Origin: a virus | Length of the DNA stretch: 64,000 nucleotides | Strand: one strand, 5' to 3' | IMG/VR virus record: IMGVR_UViG_3300037042_003932 | Coordinates: 32,001-96,000 of that record | Shown here: positions 9,681 to 19,821 of the stretch, piece after piece | Position numbering within the stretch: the first letter of the stretch is position 1 | How the letters are laid out: the number at the start of each line of letters is the position of its first letter | The notes under the pieces: generated by a model | What the model saw: only the letters and a program-made list of their open reading frames with translations | Told to the model about the DNA's origin: nothing | Database searches by the model: none | Program-made: the position numbers and the translations under genes

Positions 9681-10700
9681 ATGGCAAAACAAAAGACCGT
9701 CTCCCCCAACCCCGAACAGACAGAGGTGAAACCAATGAGCGATGCTCCGACCGAGAATGCTGCAATTGAGAAAAGTCATCCCGCTCCTTCAGCTATGTCC
9801 TTGCTACAAAGTTATACCCATATTCCGGAGTTCGTCGAGCGTTATGGTAAACAACTCGTAAGGATCGAAAAGGAAAACGTCACTGCCGAGCTTATCGACG
9901 AAACGCTCTGGAAGCTTCCCGAAGATATCCAAGATAAGCTGTTCGCCCTCGTGGCCAAAATGAACCCGCAAAAGAAGGGCGTCGTCGCCGCTGGTGCGGT
10001 GACCGAGTTCCTGGAAGCCCGCGTTAACCAGGGAACCGGTAACGACCCTAACCGTCCTGAGGATTCTATCGCAGGACACTTCTACCTCTCCAGCTCTGAA
10101 AAGATGGGGAAAGAGTTCCTCGCTACGCCCATCCTTCTGTGGGAAGGATGCCAGAAGTGGGAGAAGCGGGATGCAAACGACCCGAAGCCTGCCATTCCCG
10201 AGTGCACATCGCATGACCGTATCGTCGGAGACAAGTACGGACACTGCGAAAAGTGCTTATACCTGCCCTGGCGGGACAACAAACCGAATGAGTGTTCCAA
10301 TACCGTAAGCGCAATCCTTCTCACGAAGGACCCCATGAACATCGTCATGATGCGCTTCCAGCGTACGTCTACCCCCGGTGGGACGCAGCTCGTGAAGCTC
10401 GCCCGTCGCGGTAGCGTTCCGTGGGCTCGGTGGTACAAGTTCGCCACGGAGAAACAAGAGAAGGTTGATAAGCGTTGGTACACAATCACGGCAATCCCAG
10501 TCGATGAGAAGGTGGAGCCAAACCTCCAGAAGTTCTGTGATCTGATGTGCACCGTCGCAGAGCGCGATTACCTGTATCCCAAGCTGGCGCGGAACTACGC
10601 ACAGGAACCAGAACCAGCACTCCCCTCGGCAACAACTGGACCAGTGTCTACCGAGATGAGTGAAGCCGACCTGGGCAGTTTCGGCGGGGTAAACGTCTAG
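9681..10700 (+). CDS. Putative ssDNA-binding/recombination protein
   Basis: Has its own candidate promoter and terminator, an aromatic/basic core (ARWYKF, KRWYTI), a Cys cluster and an acidic flexible tail. Sits upstream of the nuclease, primase and polymerase genes. Function is inferred from context. Confidence 0.45.
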   Translation: MAKQKTVSPNPEQTEVKPMSDAPTENAAIEKSHPAPSAMSLLQSYTHIPEFVERYGKQLVRIEKENVTAELIDETLWKLPEDIQDKLFALVAKMNPQKKGVVAAGAVTEFLEARVNQGTGNDPNRPEDSIAGHFYLSSSEKMGKEFLATPILLWEGCQKWEKRDANDPKPAIPECTSHDRIVGDKYGHCEKCLYLPWRDNKPNECSNTVSAILLTKDPMNIVMMRFQRTSTPGGTQLVKLARRGSVPWARWYKFATEKQEKVDKRWYTITAIPVDEKVEPNLQKFCDLMCTVAERDYLYPKLARNYAQEPEPALPSATTGPVSTEMSEADLGSFGGVNV

Positions 10701-10715
10701 TGTTCTAAGTTCTGT

Positions 10716-10770
10716 GGGACCCCTCTCTGATACGGCGTAATTGCGTATCAGAGAGGAGGTCTCCTTTTTT
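10716..10770 (+). terminator. Rho-independent terminator
   Basis: Perfect 13-bp stem CCTCTCTGATACG (10722-10734) / CGTATCAGAGAGG (10744-10756), extendable, followed by TTTTTT (10765-10770). Confidence 0.8.
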
Positions 10771-10790
10771 CATGTGAAAGAGGTACCCTT

Positions 10791-11672
10791 ATGACCTGCA
10801 AATTGAGCCCGTTTCTGTTGGAACACGCTGCATGGTCTTTGAGCAAAGTAGAAACAGTCAAACAATGCCCCCGGAAGTTTTGGTATACGTACATCAACAA
10901 GCCGAACAAAGCTGCTTTAGGTATTGTAGATAGTTCTGAAGCTCGAACAGGTAAGGCTATTCATCGCGTACTCGAACTCATGCTGAAGGGACACCCTTTA
11001 GACTTCGCAATATCTACAGTGATACGCGAAAAACAGTTGCTCACAAAAGAGATCGAAGCAGTAGAAGCGTCGCGTCCTGCTGCTACAAAATTCATAAGAA
11101 CGTTTAACGCGTTCAGGAACTCACATGGAGACCATGACCTCATTGTCGAGGCCCAAGTAGCTGCGGGCTTCAACGGAGAAAAGAAACCATACTTCGAAAA
11201 ACGAGGAGCTCCTAACACACTGTTGTTGCGTGGAATGATCGACGTAGGGTGCATCTTCAAAGATAAACCCACTGCGATGGTTATCGACCACAAAACTGGT
11301 AAGAACAAAGGCATAGCGAATCACGCGCACCAGATGGATTGTTATGCCTTGCTTATCAAGGCGAACTATCCGCACGTTACAAAGATGATTCCAGCGATCC
11401 ATTGGGTTCAAGATCAGCTAGTCGAGACGTGTGACAACATCGACTTAACCAATCTTGACGCCCTCGTTGATAAGGTCGTACAGTTCATGTTGGACGCCAC
11501 CATTGAGGTTGATGGCTCTAACCTTGAAACTACTAAGACTGGAATCCTCTGCAACTGGTGTGACTACTACTCGTTGTGCCCCGCTCACGTTACTGACTCA
11601 CTAGGTGGTGCTCATGGCGAAATCAAAAAAGAGGGACAAACAATCGAAGGACTCGAAGGTCTTAACACGTGA
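10791..11672 (+). CDS. Second PD-(D/E)XK Cas4/RecB-like exonuclease
   Basis: WSLSK...CPRKF, GKAIHRVLE, RGMIDV, IDHKTGK, QMDCYA, CNWCDYYSLCP. Confidence 0.85.
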   Translation: MTCKLSPFLLEHAAWSLSKVETVKQCPRKFWYTYINKPNKAALGIVDSSEARTGKAIHRVLELMLKGHPLDFAISTVIREKQLLTKEIEAVEASRPAATKFIRTFNAFRNSHGDHDLIVEAQVAAGFNGEKKPYFEKRGAPNTLLLRGMIDVGCIFKDKPTAMVIDHKTGKNKGIANHAHQMDCYALLIKANYPHVTKMIPAIHWVQDQLVETCDNIDLTNLDALVDKVVQFMLDATIEVDGSNLETTKTGILCNWCDYYSLCPAHVTDSLGGAHGEIKKEGQTIEGLEGLNT

Positions 11673-14600
11673 ACAATGTGCTAAGATATGGCCTCTAATC
11701 AAAGCAGAAGACTGGGTAAAGTTCGCAAAAGAGGCCGGTAGACCTGATCTCAGATTTACCGCGACGTCCCCAACATCCGTTCTCGGTTTGTGCCCTACAC
11801 CGGCACATGCTGAGACTAATCCGTCATTTACTATCAACGGTACTGACGGAATCTGTGGTTGCTTTGGATGTAAGTGGTCAACGACAAATCCCATAGTCCT
11901 TTACTCCGTAATCACACAGAAGACTATTCCTGAGAGTTTCTCGGACCTGCACGCGAAGTATCGGCTCACTTTCTTACCAAAAGATTACGGTGAACAGTTA
12001 GAAGCACAGCGGCTCAACTCAGCAATGAAGAGAGCCGCTGAAGCTATCTTCCATGATGAGCTTTGCCAAGCGATTGCATGCGATTGCACGGGAGAATACG
12101 AGTACGCTCGGAAGGCTGTGGACTGGCTCATCACGGAGCGCCAGATAAATAAAGATGTCATCCCGTCTCTCCCGATTGGAATCTTTCCAACTATCGCTCA
12201 GCTTAGTAAGAAGTTAACAGCCAGGTTCATACAGAGAGCTGCTCTCGAGAACGAGACTAACCCGTCTACAGTAATAACTACCGAGAAACTAGAAGACCAC
12301 GCAGGAACTGCAGTCACGTATTTCTCTGACTTCTCTCGCGCAGGAGTTAACGACAAGTTCATCGGTGCTCCGGTATTTACGCTGTACAATTCGCCACATA
12401 ACATCGGGCGATTCAAGATGCGTTTACCTGAGAAGGGTCACACGCATGTGATGCCCGATGACCCCTTTGAGGAGATCCCTGGGGTTTATGGGTTAGGGTG
12501 GGACCAATACAAAGCTTGTTGGGACCCAAAGGCAAAAACCCAAGCGGCGTATGCTGTCGAAGGAGAGATGGACTGTTTATCTCTCATGGCGCATATGGCT
12601 GAGACTGGTAACATCTGGGGTCCCGTTGTCAGCTTAGGTGGCACAGGAACAATCGAGGGCTCAGAAGAATCTCTAATACGTAGTCAGGTCACGGACGTCT
12701 ATTTTATCGGAGACGCTCCAAACAAAGGCGGGGACGAGAAGACCAGCTCCAGCGGAGACGTAGCAGTTACTAAGTGGCTATCTGTTTACTCAAAGATTCG
12801 TTCCTACGTTTTTAGCCACGAGGCTTGGGAAAAGTTAGCACCAGCTGATGACCCGGATAACGCAATGCACCTTGATTGCGTAGGACCGGACAAGACGTTT
12901 CTCGAGCTGTATACAAACCGAACGGAGAATTACCAACCCTCAGGGCATTGGCTCTTCGAAAAGGCGTACGACAAGCTCGAGAAATTAGACCCCACAGACT
13001 ACCGAGGACTAACTGAAATAGCAGTTGAGGTCGGTAGGGTACTGCTGAACCTACTAGACAGAGAAGCGTATGTTCAAAGTATCTGTGAGGCATTCCCCAC
13101 ACTAAAGCCTGACCCGTTAAAGCGAGCTCTCACTAGCAGCCTCGTGTCTGAAGAAGCGTTCATCATGCGCTTCAAAGAGGCAATTGAAGCCCTCATGTTC
13201 GTAGTAGGTACTGACAGTGCTAACGCTGATCGGAGGTTACTGTGTGTCGGTCGACAGAAAAATACAGTCTACTCGTTCAAGTTGGACAGCCCCACTTCTG
13301 CAGTAAAAGAACTCGCTACTATCTCGGGTGGTATCGCTAGGTTCATTGACGACCACGTTGGTTGGCCTTCCTTCGTACCAAACCCAAGCACCAAAGAAGG
13401 TGATGGGTGTATGGAGTCCATAGATAAGACGCTGAGATTCTATGCTAACGAGGCCGTTATGCGTGCTGCAGTAGGTGTTCCTGATCTCAAAGACCATGAC
13501 TTATTACGGCAGGGGTATCACTGTATAAGAGACTCATACGGGAATGTGAAAGGGGAGTACGTTGTTGACGGTGGAAGTATTCATAAGATCGTATCTAGGG
13601 ATCATAGCGGGGCACACTGGAACCTGCTAGATGGTCCACGAGATGAAAACATCATATTCGATACGGGGTACACGCACAGAACAATCGAGGAGCCATGGTA
13701 CCCTGGTGGCTTGGACGTTGACACGCTGGAGAAGGGTAACGACGTAGACCTATTAAGGCTGTATAACGACCTCGTAGCAGTTTTCACAGACGGTTTCTTC
13801 TTTAAGAATCACGACGTCGTTCCGAAAATGTTGGGAGCTATGCTCATGGTGCTAGCTGTCAACAACTGCTTCCCTCGACAAATCATGGCGTCAGTCACAG
13901 GTGAGACAAGTTCTGGGAAATCTTCTTTCTTATCTACGTTAAGCAATATAGGTGGCGCTAAATCCATGAGGCTCCTTCTTTGCTCAGTGGGATTCGACGG
14001 ATTCTCCGAAGCAGGTATCAGTGCTCATATCGACAACTCACGAAAGGCTCTGTGCCTAGACGAGGCTGAGTCTGATGAAGGTACTCGTAGGTCTGAAGCT
14101 GTTGGTATGATCAATGAGTTGTTCCGGAGTTGCGTGTCTGGTGAGGGTGCGCGTATCCGTTCTTCGAATAACGGCACTTCAGACGTGAGTATACGTAAGA
14201 TATTTTGTCCGGTGATTTACAGCGGAATTAGTGGGGTGCACAAGGCTCAAGACATGAATCGTATGATCATGATTGAGACCAAAAGAGTCGAGGGCCGCGA
14301 TAATGTGAAGAACATTATCCATGCCAAATATGGTGAAGATTTTGCTCCAGATATCGCGAAGAGACTTGCTGTTGGGATGTACCGTCACGTTCCAGCCTTA
14401 ATGGAGAGCTACGCCAAGATCGAGCGGTTATACCCCACGTTCCACACATTCGTAGGAACCAAGATAGAGTATAGATACGCCTCGGGCCTGTTTGGTATGT
14501 TAGCGGTCCTAGACGTAATCGGCCTCAATTGGAAAGAGTTCTTAACTGATTTCGTGACGTCTAATACCGAGGCTATCGACCGTGCTACCAAGTACTCAGA

Positions 14601-15192
14601 GTCTAACTCTACCTTAACGGCTATGATGCACAACCCAGTCATACGTGTTCCATCCGGGGACAAAGATATGCCGCTACTTTTCAGGTCGATTGCACAGCTT
14701 ATGGTCAATCCAGGACAGAGGCATTATATCAACGAATCCTCTGTGGGTATTTTCTTAGACGAAGAGCGACAACTTCTGCTTGTGCTACTTGACCAAGTTA
14801 TCAAACGGTTGCTCCCGTACCAAGAAAAGTTAACAGCTAGCACCCTGCGTCAAACACTGACACGCGGTAACAACACCCTGTCAGATCAACGCGTAATCGA
14901 ATCCCAAATACTTGAGACCAGCAGACAGTACTTAGGTAATGGAATCACGACGCATGACGTTGTCGTCTTCGAGGCTGGCATGTGGCTCAGTAGAGCAAAA
15001 AGTAACGAAAACAATGGAAAAGGAATTGTTACTCCTCAAGCACTAACCAATCAAAAAGAAATGGCGGTTGGCGATGACAGACCAACAGACACAGGACCCA
15101 CCTCCGAATCCACCCCCGGACCCGAGTCCAAAAAAGACGAGGAAGAAGTCATCGAAACGATCAGCTACGGACCAGGAGAAACTAACTTCTAA
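11614..15192 (+). CDS. Primase-helicase (Zn finger + TOPRIM + P-loop ATPase)
   Basis: CP...H...CFGC zinc finger, VEGEMD and DPD TOPRIM acidic motifs, GETSSGKS Walker A, LCLDEAE Walker B. Confidence 0.8.
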   Translation: MAKSKKRDKQSKDSKVLTREQCAKIWPLIKAEDWVKFAKEAGRPDLRFTATSPTSVLGLCPTPAHAETNPSFTINGTDGICGCFGCKWSTTNPIVLYSVITQKTIPESFSDLHAKYRLTFLPKDYGEQLEAQRLNSAMKRAAEAIFHDELCQAIACDCTGEYEYARKAVDWLITERQINKDVIPSLPIGIFPTIAQLSKKLTARFIQRAALENETNPSTVITTEKLEDHAGTAVTYFSDFSRAGVNDKFIGAPVFTLYNSPHNIGRFKMRLPEKGHTHVMPDDPFEEIPGVYGLGWDQYKACWDPKAKTQAAYAVEGEMDCLSLMAHMAETGNIWGPVVSLGGTGTIEGSEESLIRSQVTDVYFIGDAPNKGGDEKTSSSGDVAVTKWLSVYSKIRSYVFSHEAWEKLAPADDPDNAMHLDCVGPDKTFLELYTNRTENYQPSGHWLFEKAYDKLEKLDPTDYRGLTEIAVEVGRVLLNLLDREAYVQSICEAFPTLKPDPLKRALTSSLVSEEAFIMRFKEAIEALMFVVGTDSANADRRLLCVGRQKNTVYSFKLDSPTSAVKELATISGGIARFIDDHVGWPSFVPNPSTKEGDGCMESIDKTLRFYANEAVMRAAVGVPDLKDHDLLRQGYHCIRDSYGNVKGEYVVDGGSIHKIVSRDHSGAHWNLLDGPRDENIIFDTGYTHRTIEEPWYPGGLDVDTLEKGNDVDLLRLYNDLVAVFTDGFFFKNHDVVPKMLGAMLMVLAVNNCFPRQIMASVTGETSSGKSSFLSTLSNIGGAKSMRLLLCSVGFDGFSEAGISAHIDNSRKALCLDEAESDEGTRRSEAVGMINELFRSCVSGEGARIRSSNNGTSDVSIRKIFCPVIYSGISGVHKAQDMNRMIMIETKRVEGRDNVKNIIHAKYGEDFAPDIAKRLAVGMYRHVPALMESYAKIERLYPTFHTFVGTKIEYRYASGLFGMLAVLDVIGLNWKEFLTDFVTSNTEAIDRATKYSESNSTLTAMMHNPVIRVPSGDKDMPLLFRSIAQLMVNPGQRHYINESSVGIFLDEERQLLLVLLDQVIKRLLPYQEKLTASTLRQTLTRGNNTLSDQRVIESQILETSRQYLGNGITTHDVVVFEAGMWLSRAKSNENNGKGIVTPQALTNQKEMAVGDDRPTDTGPTSESTPGPESKKDEEEVIETISYGPGETNF

Positions 15193-18148
15193 AGAGATCA
15201 CTCTCGATTGTCAGCTTTGTACTCGGGGTTGGGATGGTCCAAAGTGCCTAGCGTGTGACCATTATGGGTCACAACACTTCCTTCCGGACAGAGGTCCAAA
15301 GGTAACTGACTGCTTCTTCGTCAGCGACTCGCCTGAGCTAGGTCCTTCCACGAACGTGCATTCGCACGAACCCTGGAAGTCTGGCTTAGAGCGAGACGCT
15401 CGAGCTATGGTAGAGACCTTCCGGAACAACAACCCTAGCTACCAAAACGTAGAAGCGTATTTCACGTACGCGGTTCATTGTGTTGTTCCAAAACCCTCGA
15501 TCAAAACTATTCGGTGCTGCAGCGAAATCTTGAAGAACAAGTTGGTCAGCAACAGTGACCCTGAGAAGCCCATTATGGTTTTCGCGTTTGGTCCCCTCGT
15601 GCTGAAAGCTCTCGGGTTCAATATCAAGAAACACTCTGACGTTGTAGGCCAGCTTCTAGAGACAACGATTGGTGGTCGTCATGCTTACATATTCGCCTCG
15701 ATTTCTCTCGCTCAAATGGTGGTTAAGTCTGGCTACATAGAGCTGGTCAACCGCCATATCCAATCGTTCATGGGTAGCGTCCTTATCTCTAACGTGAAGA
15801 AGACGTTAAAGACTAAGGCCAACGTTGCTCTCATCGCTAAGAACTACGTATTCCCAAAGACGCTGGAAGAAGTAACGAAGCTGGTCGACCGTATCATCGC
15901 GTATGCCCCAGAGGGTTCAACCCCTGACACCCACCTGATCGCAATCGACACTGAGACTAATACGCTCATGCCCCACAGGGAAAAGCTGAAGTTGCTCACG
16001 CTCACTGTGGCGTGGGACACGGGAAGAGCTGCTTCGATTCCGGTGGAGCACAAAGAGTCGAAGTGGACTTTGGAAGATGTCAGACCTGACTTGATGCGCT
16101 TGCTCACATGCAACAAGCCAAAAGCGGGACACAACATCAAGTACGACATCAAAGTGTTACGTCGTAAAAAGTTCAAGATTAACCGGATTGCTTGGGACAC
16201 CATGGTGGGCGAACACCTTCTCGCGGAAGATAAGAAGGGGTTCTATGGATTGAAGGAACTCGTAAAGCAGTACATACCAAGTTACGCAAACTACGAGTCG
16301 GGAGTCAAAACTCACGCCAACACGGCGGTTCTAGAAAAGAAGAAGGAGTTGAAAGCACTCGGGAAGAAACTCAGCAAAGCTGAAGAGTCTCTTCTCAAGG
16401 ACGACGGGTATGCCGATGTTCCTCTGGACGAGTTAAGTATCTACGGTGCTATCGATGCTGACGCCACATTCCAAATTGCCATAGCGCAACGTAGGAATAT
16501 GGGCATTGAGACACAGAAGTTCCACGAGGAAAGGCAGAAATATCAGAAGTTCGAACGAGCTTCGTTCCGACAAGTAGGAGAAATCCTATGCCCCGTTAAA
16601 GAGCCGCTTAACCGGATTATGGCGTCGAGGACTATGCCAACCTTAGGAGTTCTTGCGCGTATGGAAGATCGGGGTGTCCCCATAGATCGGAAATACGCAG
16701 AAGAACTCGCTATCAAAATGGAGCAGTCTTCCAGAGAAGCCATCATCAAGCTCAACCACATGCTCCCGGTTGGGTACAATGAAAAACTCAATCCTGCGAG
16801 CTCTGGGCAGATTCGTTCCATCCTCTACAACGTAGGGTTCGTACACCCCGAGACCAAAGAGCACGTCTGCTACCTTGGGAAAGTCGAACCTCCCCGAACA
16901 GACTCAGGGATGATTTCGACGAACGCGCAGTTCTTGCGACTGCTCGTCACAAAGTACGACTGCCCGTTCTCCCGAGACCTCTTGGAGTTTCGGGCGATGC
17001 AGAAGGCACGCAACACGTTCATCGAGAACATCATGGTTCTCACACGTGAAGATGACCGGATGCATACTACGTATCACCAGCACGGCACGTCTAGCGGGCG
17101 TTTGTCAAGTTCGCACGAAAACATGCAGAACATCCCCAAGAAACTTGGGGGTCACAACATCAAACGAATCTTCATTCCGTCGAGACCTGGGTTTGCCTTC
17201 GGTAACGCCGACGCTAAAGCAGCAGAAGTCAGAATCTATTCGGCGTACAGCAAAGACAAGAATCTCATTAAGGCTCTCAATGACGGCATGGACCCCCACA
17301 GCTTCTTCGCGTCCATGGTTTACAATCCCACCAACGTGTTAAGCGGTGTTGATCGTTCTCGGTGGAAAGAGGTAGCGGAGACTGTAGGTATCGACATAGC
17401 CCATGCATGGTCTTACGAGGACTTCTGTAACAGAGATATCCTAAAAGAAACGGAGGCAGCATACAGTAAACAGTTGGACCGCTTGCGCGGTATCATCAAG
17501 CGAGTCGTGTTCGGGATACTCTACGGAGCTACCCCAAATAAGGTCTCTTCGATTGTTGGCATCCCAGAGGAACAAGCATCGGTCATCGTGGACACGCTGT
17601 TCAAGATGTTCCCAACAATCCCCGAGTACATTCAGCTCACAAAAGACCAGATCAAACACCTGGGTTTTGTGGAGACATTCTTCGGAAGACGCCGACGATT
17701 CGGGTCTCTGACCAAGCTCCCGTGGAGCTTGAGGTCAAAAGCTGAACGTCAAAGTGTCAACTTCAAGATCCAGAGCACGAGCTCTGAAATCGTCCTCGAG
17801 GTCCTGTGCGACATGGAAGAACCCTTACGCGTTGACATGCAAGGGGAGCTTCTCCTAACCGTGCATGACTCTGTTGGGTTCGAGTGCCCCAATAAATACG
17901 TCCATCAGCTCCCTGAGTTCATCAAGGAGTATGGGATGCGTAGAGTCAACAACAGGTACCCCTGGCTACCAGTACCGTTCTCTTGGGATGTAGAAGCTGG
18001 CCCGTCGTACGGGGAGCTCACGAGCGTCGACAACTACATCAAGAAGATGGAGAACATCGACCACATCATCCCTGAGAACCCCGCCGACCGTTACGAGTTC
18101 ATCGAGCAGGAAATACGCGCAGACCTCGAAGAGCTAGTTGCCAGTTAG
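15074..18148 (+). CDS. polA: Family A DNA polymerase with N-terminal UDG-like domain and 3'-5' exonuclease
   Basis: Exo motifs IAIDTET, GHNIKYD, YGAIDAD. TSSGRLSS..NMQNIP. Motif A DAKAAEVR, motif B KRVVFGILYG, motif C TVHDS. Confidence 0.92.
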   Translation: MTDQQTQDPPPNPPPDPSPKKTRKKSSKRSATDQEKLTSKEITLDCQLCTRGWDGPKCLACDHYGSQHFLPDRGPKVTDCFFVSDSPELGPSTNVHSHEPWKSGLERDARAMVETFRNNNPSYQNVEAYFTYAVHCVVPKPSIKTIRCCSEILKNKLVSNSDPEKPIMVFAFGPLVLKALGFNIKKHSDVVGQLLETTIGGRHAYIFASISLAQMVVKSGYIELVNRHIQSFMGSVLISNVKKTLKTKANVALIAKNYVFPKTLEEVTKLVDRIIAYAPEGSTPDTHLIAIDTETNTLMPHREKLKLLTLTVAWDTGRAASIPVEHKESKWTLEDVRPDLMRLLTCNKPKAGHNIKYDIKVLRRKKFKINRIAWDTMVGEHLLAEDKKGFYGLKELVKQYIPSYANYESGVKTHANTAVLEKKKELKALGKKLSKAEESLLKDDGYADVPLDELSIYGAIDADATFQIAIAQRRNMGIETQKFHEERQKYQKFERASFRQVGEILCPVKEPLNRIMASRTMPTLGVLARMEDRGVPIDRKYAEELAIKMEQSSREAIIKLNHMLPVGYNEKLNPASSGQIRSILYNVGFVHPETKEHVCYLGKVEPPRTDSGMISTNAQFLRLLVTKYDCPFSRDLLEFRAMQKARNTFIENIMVLTREDDRMHTTYHQHGTSSGRLSSSHENMQNIPKKLGGHNIKRIFIPSRPGFAFGNADAKAAEVRIYSAYSKDKNLIKALNDGMDPHSFFASMVYNPTNVLSGVDRSRWKEVAETVGIDIAHAWSYEDFCNRDILKETEAAYSKQLDRLRGIIKRVVFGILYGATPNKVSSIVGIPEEQASVIVDTLFKMFPTIPEYIQLTKDQIKHLGFVETFFGRRRRFGSLTKLPWSLRSKAERQSVNFKIQSTSSEIVLEVLCDMEEPLRVDMQGELLLTVHDSVGFECPNKYVHQLPEFIKEYGMRRVNNRYPWLPVPFSWDVEAGPSYGELTSVDNYIKKMENIDHIIPENPADRYEFIEQEIRADLEELVAS

Positions 18149-19785
18149 GCAGTTTTCTTCTCATCGTCATTTGTGTAGTAGAACTGCAGGTCATTCACAA
18201 CTACTTTAAAAGCCAACCACCCAAACACCGCAGCATGAAGACAGTCATCCGAGAGGGACATCGCATGAGTCCAGACCTTACGCCCAGCGGCTGTAATGTC
18301 TTCGTACTCGTTCATCATATCCTCGATGGCTGTCTTCATCTGCGGCAACGGCCCTAGCTCCACTTCTTTTCGTTTCAAAAGGAGAAAGAAGTTGTCCACA
18401 ATCGTGGTTTTGTCCACGGTGTACCTGTCGAGCTGGTTCCAAACAACCGCCTTCGTCTGGCTCGTGTACTGAGCTTGCGTTACCTTATGAACCCCAAGGC
18501 GTTTACGGAGTAAGTCATTCGGCGCATGTCCTTCACCCGCGTCACCTACGACCAACCCCACCTTATGCGACATGCACACGTTGGCAATCTCTTCGATATT
18601 ATTTACGGGGTTAATTCCAGGATAGACTTTGTAGAAGAGACAAACCAACTTTTTGTCCTTGGGTCTGTATCCCCAGATCCAAAGAGCGGTTCGTGACACG
18701 CCAGTCGTACCGCCACCAGTCCAGTCCACGCCAGCAACGATGGTTGAGATTTCGGAGTGTTGTTTGGTATCAGGGTATTGTTGGAGCGCCTTCCCCACGC
18801 ACAAGCATTCGATCTCTTCTTTTGAAATCATACGAGAGCCAATGTCGTCCGAGACACCTAAGACTTCATTGTTAAACTTCGATTCATTCAGCTCGTCGTT
18901 CTTTACTAGGATTCTGTTCCACGCATTTTGCGCATAAGGAACAAGTTCTGGGCAAGCCATAGCCATTGCGTGAGGATTGTACTCAGGCATGATGAGCTGA
19001 CTGATATGGAACCCCTTGACACGGAATGCAGGGTCAATGTCGGAGTTCTTAAACGAATTCAGGTCGATCCATTGACCCTTGAAGGGGTTCAGATACGAAC
19101 CACACTTCAGGCAAATGATCCCTTCCTTACCTAGGGACCGTGTAGAGTCGATGTACTGGTGCGTGTAACAGCTGTCGCACTTGATCACCCACTCCGTCTG
19201 GCTGCTGTTATCCCACAAGAACTGGATGGTGTTCTCCATGGTCTTGGGGGTACCCGCGTAGGTCTCAAAGGCATACTTCGAGTGCGACAAGCATTCGTTT
19301 CCGACGATGATGACAGGGTCGTACAAGATATCCTGGACTTCGTCGTACATATTTCGGTCGGTAGAAGGGCCACGAAGACGGTCGGCGTCGTCCAGAGCGT
19401 AGGTGAACAACATCTCCGATCCGTTTTTGTACTGTTTGTGGAACACACGATCAGCTAAACCAGTATGGAGGAACGTCCGACTGATGTGAGGTGAGTACCT
19501 CATCGTTTTCGACACACGTGAATTGGAGAAACGGACCGTCTGCTCCTTCGTGGGGCTCACAAACATCACGGAGAAATGTGGTATAACACTACACTCAACG
19601 ATAGCGAAATTGGCTAAGGTAGTGGACTTAGCAACCTGTCGTCCTGTTTTGAAAAGGGTTCGCCGTGACCGGCAATCGTAGAAGGCCCTATGCATAGGCC
19701 AATTGGAAAGATCGAACTTCTTTCCGTTGAGCTTAATCCATGATTCGGCAACTTCACTTAAGGTTGCCTCTACTTTAGCAGACAT
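18145..19785 (-). CDS. terL: Terminase large subunit (GpA-like)
   Basis: GRQVAKST Walker A, YDEVQD Walker B, GTPKT, CDSC/CLKC, NEVLG, AGVDW nuclease motif, DDCLHA. Start placed at ATG 19785; 19797 is an alternative. Confidence 0.88.
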   Translation of the reverse strand: MSAKVEATLSEVAESWIKLNGKKFDLSNWPMHRAFYDCRSRRTLFKTGRQVAKSTTLANFAIVECSVIPHFSVMFVSPTKEQTVRFSNSRVSKTMRYSPHISRTFLHTGLADRVFHKQYKNGSEMLFTYALDDADRLRGPSTDRNMYDEVQDILYDPVIIVGNECLSHSKYAFETYAGTPKTMENTIQFLWDNSSQTEWVIKCDSCYTHQYIDSTRSLGKEGIICLKCGSYLNPFKGQWIDLNSFKNSDIDPAFRVKGFHISQLIMPEYNPHAMAMACPELVPYAQNAWNRILVKNDELNESKFNNEVLGVSDDIGSRMISKEEIECLCVGKALQQYPDTKQHSEISTIVAGVDWTGGGTTGVSRTALWIWGYRPKDKKLVCLFYKVYPGINPVNNIEEIANVCMSHKVGLVVGDAGEGHAPNDLLRKRLGVHKVTQAQYTSQTKAVVWNQLDRYTVDKTTIVDNFFLLLKRKEVELGPLPQMKTAIEDMMNEYEDITAAGRKVWTHAMSLSDDCLHAAVFGWLAFKVVVNDLQFYYTNDDEKKTA

Positions 19786-19792
19786 ACTGCTA

Positions 19793-19821
19793 AACATAGG
19801 AAATGAGTACGGAAATGTCAA
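19793..19821 (-). promoter_or_regulatory. Candidate sigma70-type promoter for terminase, overlapping the MoxR start
   Basis: Minus strand TTGACA (19821-19816), 17 bp spacer, TATGTT (19798-19793), then 7 nt to the ATG at 19785. Confidence 0.6.

Noticed and set aside
10716-10770. Long hairpin as the retron msd
   Set aside because: It lies 14 kb from the RT, directly after a stop codon and before a T-run. An intrinsic terminator is the simpler explanation.
4656-11672. CRISPR-Cas adaptation module
   Set aside because: Only Cas4-like nucleases are present. No cas1, cas2 or array was seen.
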